A stretch of DNA of 64,000 nt, taken from assembly GCA_963693365.1 (NCBI GenBank), contig CAVNZM010000004.1, positions 14,072,524 through 14,136,523 on the forward strand. Reading direction: 5' to 3'. How positions within the stretch are numbered: position 1 is the stretch's first letter; each line of letters starts with the position of its first letter. Both the position numbers and the translations under genes were made by a program. This document shows, piece by piece, positions 25,256 through 38,692 of this stretch. This DNA is from Amoebidium appalachense (lineage: Eukaryota; Protista; Ichthyosporea). The notes below the pieces were generated by a model, which was given only the letters and a program-made list of their open reading frames with translations, did not search any database and was not told the DNA's origin.

Positions 25256-25949
25256 CCCCCCCCCCCCCTCCCTCCCCCCCCCCTCCCCCCCCCCCCCTCC
25301 CCCCCCTTCCCCCCTCCCCCCCTCCACACACACACCCCAGTCCCAGAAAGGATCCAGCTAGGTGTACCTAATCCTTCGTCCTTTTATGCATCCACCCTCC
25401 CATGCGCGCCTCCGCATCGCCCAGGACACACGCAACCCCCCTCCCCTAGTCCCCCCTCCCCCCCCCTCCTCTCTCTCCCCCCCCCCCCCCCCCCCCCTCA
25501 TGCATGTTCTTTATGTGTGCCCTGCATCTTCTGCATTGTGTTGTCCGTCGTGAATGCATGCTTCGTACTCTGTAACACTCTAACCCCTCTGCCTTCTCCA
25601 ACCCCCCCAGGTTTCGGCATACCTGCAGGGCATGGCCACCCGTGACGTCATGACGGGCATACACGCAGGCACTGCCAACCTCCTCCTTTACGTTAACAAC
25701 GGCACAGCCCCCACCCCCCCACAAACCACCACAGACCTTCCATCTACCACCGACACCACAACTCTTTCCTCCACCCTCGCACCCACCACCACCACCACTA
25801 CTATCCGTATTCCCACCACCACCGCCAATGCGGCCACCACCACGCCCTCTGGGCCCAGCTGCAAGGCTGTGGATACCCGTGTAACCACCTCGTGGTGTGT
25901 GTCTAATAATGGATGTGTCAACTTCCCCGCATTCTGCAAAGTGTTCTGA
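22055..25949 (+). CDS. Secreted S8A subtilisin-like serine protease (proteinase K/aqualysin type) with prodomain, Thr-rich linker and C-terminal Cys module
   Basis: Exons 22055-22264, 22631-23155, 23528-23700, 24024-24107, 24818-24887, 25611-25949. Signal-like N-terminus. Triad VYIVDGG (Asp), DGHGTHCAG (His) and SGTSMAAPQVAG (Ser, split by an intron). Also VVAAAGN oxyanion motif, CVDIFAPG and NLLLY. Confidence 0.95.
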
Positions 25950-27384
25950 GCATATGCAAATGCATGTGCATATGTACCGGGGGTGGGCGGGAGATGGGGG
26001 TAGGAGGTGATGCATTGTATGTATACATAATTCTAAGAAATAGCTTTGTTAACAACCCTACGGCATTGTATTAGGCATCTACTGGTGAGTGGGCAACATG
26101 GTGCCATTTGCGAAGGTTGGATCCGTTTAACACTTATATATAGAAGATTTAGGCTGACACCCCACATGAAGATGGCTGGCCCATTTTTGTAGCAGGGGTA
26201 ACCGTGCATGACACTATTGCTAGCAGGTGTAGGTGCATATGACACTATCAATAGCGGTTTTCACATACATCGATTTATATACATCGATGAACAGCAGGGG
26301 TAACTATTACAAAACCCGGCTTCATATACAGTTGCTTGTTTGTGTGCACGCATAAGCTGGCCATAGATAAAGTACATGCCGCCCAGCATAGAAATGTGTA
26401 CAACAATAATAAAGACCTTCACGTGAACTGACCCCCCCCCCCCCCCCCCCCCCAACCAAAAAAAAAAAAAAAAAAAAAAAAAAAACACAAACACACCACC
26501 ACCCCTCATCCACCCACCCTTCCCATGCCCTTGCATTGTGTATTATCATATACATATGCATAATACATTAGTTGGCCCCACTCTCGTGTGGGGGTTGCGT
26601 TCCATTATATCTCCCTCTTTTACCAAGTCACTTCGGTATAGCAACGAAAAGAACTAACAGCTTTACACAGGAAAGGGAGGGGGGGGGGGGGGGGGATGGT
26701 GGCCTGCACCTACATGCAAGCCAAGGCGCAATGCCGCGCTGGGCTTTGGGACAACCTGCCCCCCCCCTCTCCCCCCCCCCCCCCCCCCCCCCCCCCCCCA
26801 CCAAAAAAAAAAAAAAAAAAAAAAAAGAACCTGCGCCCACCACCACCACCAGGAAGAAATCCGAAGGTTAATAATACACAAATACCAAGCAAGTACAGAC
26901 TCCTGGAAGATGCCCTGGAGCCCCCCCCCCCTCCCCCCCTCCCCATATCCTACCTCAACCCATAGTGTGGCGTGTGAAATTCTTCATCTTTTATTAAGAC
27001 ATATAACCATAAAGTACGAAGAGGCAAGATACCATACGGATTTATTCTAATTCTAGGCTATTACCCATAACTATACGTTTGCTGGCCCTAAGGTACAAGC
27101 AAAACACCTGTGTTCCAAAATAAAAGCATTTCAAGTTAAGTTCGCAATCGGAAGTGTTATTCGCATATTCCGCATTAAACTTTCATGCTAAGTTCGACTC
27201 TATGCACAAATACTTTCGGATCAGAAATGGGGTTGATACCCAGAAAACACACATTTTTACACACAGTCACAACAATACTTTCAAGGGTACATGAATATAC
27301 GAAAATTTCATTCAAACGTCGTCTTGGGGACAAAATCCATATAGATAGGTCCTTTCATTGGTGCAGACTCACGGGTCGACGATT

Positions 27385-27535
27385 TCATTGGCTGCCATCC
27401 ACGAGCACATGCTCCCTGCGGATGATAGATTGTTTGGGTTGGTTTGGGTGCGGAGGGACACAAAGGGGGGATTCAATGATCGGACGGCCGGGGAAGGGTG
27501 TGTGTGTATATTGGGGGAGGGGGGAGGGGGGTGGT

Positions 27536-27567
<32 letters not shown>

Positions 27568-28827
27568 GGGGGGGGACGAGGGCCATGGGGAAGGTCAATC
27601 TGGATGAGACAGGGAGTTCGGTGTGCCCCCCAGGAGTTTGGGGTGGGGGGGTGGAGCGAGAGGAGGTCCCGTGGAGCAAAAGACGTGTCGATTAGCAGGC
27701 AGCAGGGTTCCATGGGGGGATGGGGGGGGAGGGGGAGAGGGTGGAGAGGGGGGGGGGAGAGGAGGTCCCGTGGAGCAAAAGACGTGTCGATGAGCAGGCA
27801 GCAGGGTTCCATGGGGGGATGGGGGGGGGAGGGGGAGAGGGTGGAGAGGGGGGGGGGAGAGGAGGTCCCGTGGAGCAAAAGACGTGTCGATTAGCAGGCA
27901 GCAGGGTTCCATGGGGGGATGGGGGGAGGGGGGAGAGGGTGGAGAGGGGGGGGGGAGAGGAGGTCCCGTGGAGCAAAAGACGTGTCGATTAGCAGGCAGC
28001 AGGGTTCCATGGGGGGATGGGGGAGAGGGGGAGAGGGTGGAGAGGGGGCGGGGAGAGGAGGTCCCGTGGAGCAAAAGACGTGTCGATTAGCAGGCAGCAG
28101 GGTTCCATGGGGGGATGGGGGGGAGGGGGAGGGGGTGGAGAGGGGGGGGGGAGAGGAGGTCCCGTGGAGCAAAAGACGTGTCGATTAGCAGGCAGCAGGG
28201 TTCCATGGGGAGATGGGGGGGAGGGGGAGAGGGTGGAGAGGGGGGGGGAGAGGAGGTCCCGTGGAGCAAAAGACGTGTCGATTAGCAGGCAGCAGGGTTC
28301 CATGGGGGGATGGGGGGGAGGGGGAGAGGGTGGAGAGGGGGGGGGAGAGGAGGTCCCGTGGAGCAAAAGACGTGTCGATTAGCAGGCAGCAGGGTTCCAT
28401 GGGGGGATGGGGGGGAGGGGGAGAGGGTGGAGAGGGGGGGGGGAGAGGAGGTCCCGTGGAGCAAAAGACGTGTCGATTAGCAGGCAGCAGGGTTCCATGG
28501 GGGGATGGGGGGAGGGGGAGAGGGTGGAGAGGGGGGGGAGAGGAGGTCCCGTGGAGCAAAAGACGTGTCGATTAGCAGGCAGCAGGGTTCCATGGGGGGA
28601 TGGGGGGGAGGGGGAGAGGGTGGAGAGAGGGGGGGGGGGGGGGGGAGGGGGCGGAGGGGGGGGAGAGGGGGGCTAGCAACCTTTGCAGGCGATCCTTTGG
28701 GTAAGTGCGGTGCAGCAGGGAGTAGACACACAGACAGAGGGCCCACGGCACAGCACACGACCAGAAGAGTGCCTGGCCTAGTGCATGCGCATTGGAGGGG
28801 GACGCACCACTGTGGCTGGAATCGTAG

Positions 28828-28886
<59 letters not shown>

Positions 28887-29311
28887 GGGGGGAGGGGGAG
28901 GGGGGGGGGGGGGGGAGGGAGGGAGGGAGGAGGGGGAGGGAGGGGGGGGGAGAGGGGGGTGTGCATGTGTCTGCACTCGTGTGAGTTGGCAAGACAACCA
29001 TCGCGTACTGTAAGTGGCTCGCATTTTGGAATACCTATTGTTATTTGTATACGAAGGGGGGGATGATGGTTTTGATTTACTGCAAAGGGTGTGGTAGTGG
29101 ACAGGGAGAGGGATTGGGAAAGGGGTGGCGGGGGAGCAACAAATAGTGTGATCTCTCTCTCTCTCCCCCCCCCCCCCCCCCCCCACACACACACACATCA
29201 TGCAGGCAGCGCAGAAATAGAGGTGTGGCCTGTATCGACGTAAAGGCAAACCCATTGTGAGTGGATTGGGTGTATGCTGCTGTTTCACGTGTTGTTCACG
29301 GGGAGGAGCAG

Positions 29312-29342
<31 letters not shown>

Positions 29343-31135
29343 GGGGGAGGGGGGGGGGGACGGGGAGGCAGGGAGGGGAAGAGGGAGTGGGAGGAGAGGG
29401 GAGGGGGGGGGGGGGGGGGGGGGGAGGGGAGGAGAGGGATGGCATACCCGAAGAGGTTCTCAGCCAGATAGCCGGCCAGAGGGGCAGCACCAGCAGCAAG
29501 GCCACCCTCCAGCGCACGGTCAAAGGCAAAGATCGAGGTTCGGTGCTCAGACTGGGGTTGGTGTGGAAGATTAGGAGGGAGATATCCCATTAGGGAAGGG
29601 AGAAAGGAAAGGGTGTTTGGTGTTGGTGGTGGTGAGGGAAAGCGGAGTGGGGTGGGGTGGGGTGAGATGGCGTGGGGGTGGGGGGAGGAGGAGGCGGCAG
29701 GGGGGGAGAAAGAGGCAAGCCGAAGATGAACAAGAGAATTCTTTGGTAACGTGGTGGGGGGGAGGAAATCGAATGTGCATGCTGGGGAAGGTGGAGTGGG
29801 TGAGTGCTGTGGCAGAAAAGAGGGAGGGAGGGAGGGAGGTGCGTCATGTTTTGCGTGGGCCGGGGCCGGGGGAGGGGGGGGAAGGGGCAGGCACGTACCG
29901 GGACTATGTCAGCAAAGAGGATGCTGTTGATTGGGCCACACCAACTCACGGCCAGGCCAAACACAAACAGAGACACGGCCACGGCCCAGCCACCCAGCAG
30001 GGGGGCAACAATAAACACAGCAAAGGACAGCGGCAGGCCGAGGAAGATACTGGCCTGCAGAGAGGGAGGGGGTCAGTGTGCGCAACGGTGTATGGTGGGC
30101 CAGGTTAGGGGGGGGAGGGGGGGGGGGGAGGGGGGGAAGACGGGCAAAATGAGAGAACTTCATGCACCCTTAGATTGGGGCAAGGGGGAGGTGGGGTCGT
30201 TGAGAAAGAAAAGAATGGGGTTTGCGGTGCTTTGGTGGGGGGAAGGGGGGGGGGGTACAAGAGGAGCCCGAAAGAAATGACAGGGAGGTACTGACAATTA
30301 TTGTGTGTATGTTGGCCGCTGGGAGGGGGGCTAAACATTTGAGTGAAAGGGCTGACAGGGTGGTGGTGGTGGTGGTGGTGGTTGGGGGGGTAGTGAATAC
30401 CTGGCCCACGTAGACTGGGCCGTGGACGGGGGAGTGCTTAGCAGCTACATCACACAGCCGGCCCCCAAGCAGTGAGCCAAGTGCAGTGCCCAGGCAGAAG
30501 ACGGCACACAGTGCACTGGCATGCATGTTGCTGTGGCCCTGGGGACCAATGGGATTGAGGGGTGCATCATGTGCTCTGTTAACTTCTCAATGTGCGTCCT
30601 CACACATGCATGCATGGGGACCCCAGACTGTCGTGTGTGCACATGCATAAACGTGTATGCAAGCATGTACCAGCGATTCATTGTGGGTTGCAAGAAAGGG
30701 GGTCGAGCTGGTTCAATGCCCGTGGTGTGATGGTTGCTAGTGATGGTGGGGAAAGTTTCCTTCTTCAAGTGACCTAAATAAACCACAATATGTGTCTGGA
30801 TTCGAAGGAATAAGTTCTTCTCTCTCTCTCTCTCTTTCTTTCCTTCTTTCTTCATTCCTCTTTTTTTTTTTTTTTCCCCTCCCTTATTTTTCCTTTTTTA
30901 GATCTTCTTTTTTTAAGGTTGGGGCGGGGGGGGGGGGGGGGGGGGGGGGGGGGAGGAAGGGGGGTCTATACCTGGGCCTGGAGCCAGAGGGTGAGGAAAG
31001 CAAAGGCATTCCAGGGCATCGAGCCCACAGCCCCCTGGGCCACAAGCAGGTGGAAGGTGCGCAGGGGGGCTACGGCACACAGGTGCACATGCATGCGCTG
31101 CAGCATGCCCTGCTTGTCTTTTGCTTGTGTGTGTG

Positions 31136-31175
<40 letters not shown>

Positions 31176-31182
31176 GGTGGGT

Positions 31183-31214
<32 letters not shown>

Positions 31215-31582
31215 GGGGGACTGGGAGGGGAAGAATTCGAAGAGGGGGTGGTTGGTATGGACAAAGCGGTTAGACATAGGCAGGCCGCAAGATAGGCGAT
31301 ATTTCGTGAAAGAGGCTAGGTAAGAAGGGTCGGTGAAGCAGCGCAGGCACACTTTCCTCCTAGATAGTAAAACACATGGTCGTGTGTGTATGTATGTATG
31401 GTGCCAATCAAGTGCATGTGGCTGTAGATGAGTTGCAAAGGTCTATTGGTACAAGATTGGAAGTGGGGTGAAGTTGCCACATCAGAATAATCCCTTCCGT
31501 TCTTCCTTTCTTTCCTTGTCATTTTCCTTTACCTTTTTTTTTTTCCCGTCCAGTCCCAACTGGGTGGGCATTTTGTGTGTGT

Positions 31583-31627
<45 letters not shown>

Positions 31628-32034
31628 GGGGGGGTAGGTGAGTGGGTGGGTGGGTGGAGGTTGGTTCAGAAAAGCAAGGCCCTCACCTGATTGGATGATT
31701 GGTTATCACGTGGGTCCTTCCCAAAAGGAAAACCACCGCAGCTGCGCCGCAGCACAGCAGCCCAATGTCGATGAAGGCAAAGCGCCAGCCAGCCAGCCAG
31801 CCAATCATGTACGCTGTGTTAAGGTGGTAGGGGGAGGGGGGAGGAGGGAAGGGGGATGGCATAAGGGAAATGTAGGGTAAGGAGGGGACCTGGCGACACG
31901 GGGGAAGAGGGGGGCGGGGGGGAGGGAAGGGAAAGGGAGAAGTGAAAGGGGGGGGGGTGGGGGGGTTGCGATGAGTATGTGATTGTATTCTGGTCACTAG
32001 CTTCTCACCCCCCTCCTCCCCCTCCCCCCCTCCC

Positions 32035-32079
<45 letters not shown>

Positions 32080-32386
32080 AAAAAAAAAAAAAAAAGGCTA
32101 CGCACACCCACCCACCCACCCACTCATGAGAAGTAGGACGACAAAATAAAAAGTGAAAACGAGAAAGGCAAACCTCTAAGGCTAAGAAAACCAGTACCAA
32201 ACAGGTAAGGTGGCAGCCAGTAAGCCTCCCCCCTCCCACCCTCACCCCTAAAAAAAAAGACAGACAGGAACCAAAGGAAAAAGAAAACGAACGGATGTTG
32301 GTATAATTCACCCTTACTCGTTCTACATCCCGAACAACGAACCCTTCAATTTACCCATATTCCGGCTACAACCACACACAAGCATA

Positions 32387-32430
<44 letters not shown>

Positions 32431-33623
32431 TTACCTGATATAGTGGTAGCAAAGAACCCCCCGCTATGGCGCCAATATTCGTGGCCAGGTTGCATATGCC
32501 AAAGGCCCTGCCCAGCTCGGTGGGGGGGTGCAAGTCCACCAGCACACTCTGGGCTGCAGGAAGCACACAGGCAAGCGCTGCAACCACCGATCAATACCTG
32601 CATGACCAGAATCGCTTGTATGCTTGCTGTGATGTCGCCAAGACTATGAGAAATGTGAAGGACTAGGGAGGAAGGGAGGAAGGAGTGTGAGGGCCGAGGG
32701 AGGAGGGCCCGGGGGAGGAAACACCATAGGAGAGCTGAAGTCGTGTAAAGAAAAACTAAAGCAGCAAGAAGTTCAAAAGCAAACTAGGCAAACGGGTCTG
32801 ACGGTGGTGGCGAATATTTTTGAGTGAACATAGGGAGAGGATGGGTGTGGGTAAGAAGAATTGTAGGCGAGGTCGAGGCACGGTGAAATGGGACAGTATG
32901 GTAAAGGAGCGTGCCTGGTAGCGAGGTAGCCCGGCTTGTGATCGCAGATCTAAAAGCTAGGGAAACGAACAGGGAATGCCATCTGTTTGTAAACCTTTGG
33001 TGGGCCACAGAGGTGTGAGCTTTTTAGAAACAGTCAGTTCACAATCATACATCAGCAACACAAAGTAGGGACGAGTTGTGCTGGAAGCGGAGAGTGAGAA
33101 GAACGCGGTGAAGCATTCTGTGGCAGGAAAGAAGCCTACCTGCACCCGTTGCAGCACGCAAGGCAAAGACCTGGCCGTGTGACTGCGCACAGCCCACAGC
33201 CACAGACAGCAGCCCACACAGCAGGCACGACGCAGACAGCACAGACACCCTCCCCCTCTCGATGCCCACCAGCCCAAGCACAAGGCTGGCTGCTGCTTGA
33301 ACTATTAACCGTGCACACGTTATGGTGCCTAGCTGCTGGGTGCCCAGATGGAAGTGCGCACCCACAGGGCCATAGACGGAGGGAAGGAGCACGTCGACAG
33401 CTTTTGTGACGGTGTTGGCTGTATTGACAAGAAACACAGTGCGGGGGTCGCTGTGGTGGCTGGGTGCTGGCTCCTCACCAACACTCACCAGAGGTTCTTT
33501 CACATCTCCCACTTTTTTCTGCTTCAGATCGTCGATGGATCCATAGAGAGAAGTGCGAGAGGGCCCTCCTATGACTATTGTGGTGGCCTCCAAGAAGGAA
33601 TCGGTGCTAAAAGACGCTACCAT
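27385..33623 (-). CDS. MFS transporter, spinster/UNE2-like; two apparent 1-bp frameshifts in this sequence; last exon tentative
   Basis: Exons (-): 33623-33140, 32577-32435, 31813-31687, 31136-30972, 30538-30401, 30054-29899, 29551-29448, 28827-28681, 27415-27385 (tentative). Motifs LLPSVY, GWRFAF, QGAVGSMPWNAFAFLTLWLQ, LFADIVP..RTSIFAFDRALEG and YPKDR. Multiple hydrophobic helices. Confidence 0.85.
27657..28630. repeat. About 97-bp G-rich minisatellite, 10 copies, in the presumed last MFS intron
   Basis: Core gaggaggtcccgtggagcaaaagacgtgtcgattagcaggcagcagggttccatgggggga plus G-runs of variable length. Confidence 0.95.
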
Positions 33624-34714
33624 TTTCACGTTGCCACCTACTTTCCGTTATTCTACCTCTCCTAGATCTTCCTCGCTGCGAATCTCTGTCTCTAGACCAG
33701 CCCAAACGTGTAACAGAGAAGGAGGTAGATCCGCAGAGAGGGCGGGTAGAGCTTCGTTTCTGCGTGTGTGTGCCATTTTGCGCGTTTTATAGCGGCTCTG
33801 AGCCAGTGCGCGCGAAGAAAGAGCGCGAAAAACCGGTGCTCGTGGTGGCTGGGAAATGGCGTAGGTGGCGACACAGCAAAGCGAAGAAGTTTGTTTTGGC
33901 CTGCGGCCCGGCACCGGGCCCACGGCCCTGAGAAAGGGAAGAATGTGGGCGGTAACAAATGCTCCTGATTTATATCTAATAAAAAAGCTGAAATTTGTGA
34001 TGGTGTGTTTGATTGGATTAAAAGATGAACAAATTCGCTAGGTTTGATTCGATCCTAGGAACAGCGGAATGCAGAAAAGCACCATTTTGCGCTTGTTACT
34101 GGATAAAAGTCAGTTATTTATTGTGCCAGTTTGGCTTCTCCGTTGTTACGTAATCCGTAGCCAATGGACTGTAGCCTGTCGGCTGAAGTTCGCTGAACGA
34201 GTCAGAAGGCTTCGGAGGCCATGAGCGCAGGGTACAACGAAGGATATCTCATCTGCGCACGCATGCATGTGCAACACTGGTAGAGGTACAGGCCCCGGTG
34301 GTAGCTACGCATTCATGACCTGTGATGTGAACGTGCAAAGCACAAAGCCTCGACTGGCACGGCGTGAGCGAGTGTGGTAACATCCACAGACCATGTTTTC
34401 TAGACGACACGGAAACTGATCCTGCGGCTTGCCAGGACCTGGTCATGTATGCGATGTGTAAGTACTGAAAGGAACACAATCGATATCTGGGCATGGGTCT
34501 GGCCCCAAGGTTCATTCATTCGTCTGTACACGGGCAGGTCCAGCCATGCCGCACACTACAAGTACATCATTTATATGCCAACCAGTGGCACTTGCAGCCC
34601 CAAACTCAGGCACGATGCCTACAGGGCCTGTGGCGCAGTCACAAGTTATCAGCTAATAACCCACTCCAGTTACTAGCTACTGGATGCTGATTACTTTTAA
34701 ACCCCCCACACCTG

Positions 34715-35209
34715 CTACTGAGAATTGACGTAGACCCCCACCACGTCCCCGTGATCCTCCAGGGCCTCCACAAGCTGTGCAAGGGTCGTGGCCTCCTCTC
34801 CCTCCTCCTGCCAGGCACACACACGTCAGACTTGAGGATACACGTGGGGCGCATGTTGAGTACACAATTACATCACAGGTGTGTGGATGCAGAAGGGAGG
34901 ATATAGCCAATCATATTTTGCGATGTCAGGCACAAACACAGGTACAGACTCGTGCCCAAACCTCAGGCACCATGGATACACACACGAGGGAAAGGGGGCT
35001 AAAAGCAGAAGGAGGTAGTTTGGGTGGGGGGCAGCAAAATGTCCCGTTTGAAAGCTTTCATGATAGTGGTGTGCATAGTACGAGAGGCACGCCAAAAAAA
35101 GCTGTGCAGGATTCAACAACAAAGTTTGAAGAAATTGGAGGTCTTAGAGCATGCCCCATAATGGTTCTTCCTGCCGGGGAGTTCGTGGGGGCAGGGGTGT
35201 GTGTGTGAC

Positions 35210-35255
<46 letters not shown>

Positions 35256-35329
35256 TGTATAGAGAAATAGAGAGGGGAGGAGGGGGTGGTGGTGGTGGTG
35301 GTGGTGATGGTGGTGGTGGTGGTGGTGGT

Positions 35330-35363
<34 letters not shown>

Positions 35364-35642
35364 GGGGGAGGGGGGTCACGTACAGGGACCTCGACTGTGT
35401 GCTCGGGGATGAAATCCGTCTTGAAGGCCTCCACGGTGAGGCCCTTTGCCTGCAGCGCACTCTTGACCTTGACCACCTCCAGAGGGGCACACGTCACCTG
35501 GGGGGAGGGGAGGGGGGGGGGGGGGGGGGGGGGATGGGGGGGATGATGTGTTAATCCTGCAGAACTAAAGGATTTTTGTGGGACAAGGTATGAACACACG
35601 AGAGATGCAGAGCCTCCGATAGAATTTAGCTAAAGGAATAAT

Positions 35643-35722
<80 letters not shown>

Positions 35723-35977
35723 CTACCTGTGACATGCCCTCCTCCAGTTCCGACACATCCTCAGCACCTGCCTCAATAGCTGCCTCCATCACCTATGGCC
35801 CAATCACGAGTGAGCTTCCGAAGGGGGGCAAAATGAATGCAGGACAGCACTTGATACATCAGCCTACATTGCTTAGCAAGTGAAAAGTGGCTGTGAACAT
35901 GGATTGTTTTTTGGGTTTCTTATATTTTCAGTTTTCAGTCTTTTCTTGATTATCTTTGACGGCTCATCCCGGGGGAA

Positions 35978-36017
<40 letters not shown>

Positions 36018-37091
36018 TAATCATAAACGTGTTACGAAGCACAAGTACACAATGAGAAGCCCGGTGTAGGACACATACAACGGCAAACACTAGTAGACAA
36101 CATGAGCAGAACCATTCTCAGTAAAGGCCAAAATCATCAATCGAGTCTGAGATAATCAAAGAGAATTGGGTTGCTTATAATGTGATCATAACGGTAAATG
36201 TGTGTGTATGCTCACAGATGCAGGATAGAGAGCAACTTTGCCCGGTTGCATTGGGGAGGGGAAAGGGGGGCGAGGGGGGGGGTTTGCAATTCTTACCTCG
36301 TCTCCCTGCCCCTTCACAAGAACCAACCCTGTGCATGTGACGTTTGGGTCAGTAGAGGAAGGGGCCCCGTTTCCACATAGATCCAACACACACACTGGCA
36401 CAGACTAGAAGACATAAGCATTGAAACACAACACACAGGCCCACCCGTAAAATGCACATCCACATAGCCACACAAGAGCCATGGCGCACACAGTCCTCGA
36501 CCACGGCTACGGCAGCCACCCAGCCTCTCTTCTCCACTCCCTCCCTCCATCCCCCCTCCCCCCTCCGGGGGCACCAACACATTCAGCAACAACTCCCTCC
36601 CCCCCACCTTTCACCTTCCGTCTACCCTAAGGACCAACGGGAAACAAACAGACTGGAAGAGCAGCCGTGTTCTTTTTTCTCGTTCTCTTTCTTTTCTTGT
36701 GCGTGCGTGCGTGTGTGTGTGTGTGTGCATGTGTGTGTGTGTGTGTGTGTGTGCTCGCGCGTGCACACACGCACACGCACATGTTTCTGTGTACGTAGAG
36801 GAGATGGGGGGGGGGGGGGGGGGGGGGGGGGGGGATTTCAAACAGGCGTATTGCTCAGCATACCAACATCTCTATGCTAAATCTTTCAGTGTGAGTGCCT
36901 GTAACCATAAGAGACAGCCATCCTCTCAATACCCTGTGGATCAGCTGGGTGGCATACCTTTGTGGTGGAACATGTATGCTATGGAGCCTGGACTGCTGAC
37001 CGTGCCCCTGTGTGTGTGAGTGTGTGTGTGTGTGTGAGTGTGTGTGAGTGTGTGTGTGAGTGTGTGTGTGTGTGTGTGAGTGTGAGTGTGT

Positions 37092-37135
<44 letters not shown>

Positions 37136-37845
37136 CGAAGTATAAGAGGAGAGTCAGAAAGGGAGAGAACGGCAGTGCATGTCCATGTGTGTGTGCGCCT
37201 TTAAGTGTGTTTGTGATAAATCGCGAAACGATGTCTCTTTATTATGGCGTTAACACTTCGTTGGTATTCCGTTTGAGCACTTCGCATTTCCCCCAATTCC
37301 ACAACACCACTACCATTCAGCGACAGCAACTACTGCATAGCAAGAGAACACACACCTCCATTGCCCACAACATCATGCACTAACCCATTAGGCACACAAG
37401 TTATTTTAGCCAAGGGGCAAACAGGATATAACCCGGTGCATATGCGTCGTTGTGCATCAAGCAGAGCGCGCTAAGATGGTGGCAGTAGGGGTGTGAAGAG
37501 GAGGACCAGAGGAAGGGAAGGACCCGGGGGTGGAGGGGGTGGGAAGGGGGGGGGCGAGGGGGGGGGAGGCGGCTGGGGGCTATATGTACCCGTTCCTGTG
37601 CATGATCTTCTTGATCTCGATCAGGGTACGCCCTTTGCTGTCCGTCAGGCAGTCTGCCCCGGCAACCAGTCAGCAACCTAAGGCCACAACACTTATCACA
37701 TCCCCACCTACAGCAGCTACAAAAAGTCATCCCACAACAGTGGTGCCATGACATGTAACAGTGAGCCCTTCCATCCCATCCCTTCCTACCCTTTACCCCC
37801 CCCCCCCCCCCCCTCCCCCCCTCCTCCTCCACCCCCCTTCCCCCC

Positions 37846-37919
<74 letters not shown>

Positions 37920-38651
37920 AGTACCAGCACTCCCTCCGCCCCTCCCTCCCCCCCCCCCCCATCAACATACATGCGGCCGGGTTCGCACATACCACCTCCT
38001 ACCCTTTTTTTTAACCCTGGCCCTGCATCACCCGTTTCTACTTCCTGTGCATTTTTGTTCGAGTGCAATTCCTGAAACCCCTTTCCCTTTCTCCCCTCAA
38101 AAGCTCCAATCTATTCTCAGGCAGCATCCCCCCCCCCCCCCCCCCCCCCCTCTCCCCGCCCTCCCCCCTTTGTGTGTCTCTGTGTGCACGCACCCACAAG
38201 CACAGCCACGCCTGCCGGCCCTCTGCCCTCCACCACAACCTTCTCTGCCTTGACCGCATTTGCCCCCATTGCCTGCACAAAAGTCAGTACCCCATCCTCT
38301 TGCCCTCCCCATCCACTCCATGCCCTTCAAATGCACACATCTTCGTTCCTTCCTCCCCTCCCCTCTCTTCTCCTCCCCCTGGGCAGAACACACACACACA
38401 AATGCACACGTGCGCACGCACGCATGCACGCACACACGCACACACGCACACATACGCACGCAGACACACACTTGCTTGAACACAAAGCCAAAAACCGGCC
38501 CCACACCGACCACCATCCTCTCTGTGCCCTACCTCTGTGCACATCCACACCCCTCCCATACTTCCTGACTCGCCTTCGGCCCCCCCCACTTCCCTCTACC
38601 TTTGCCCTTTTGTCAAATAACACCTCGGGGCAACAAGAAGTGTGTGTGAGT

Positions 38652-38692
<41 letters not shown>

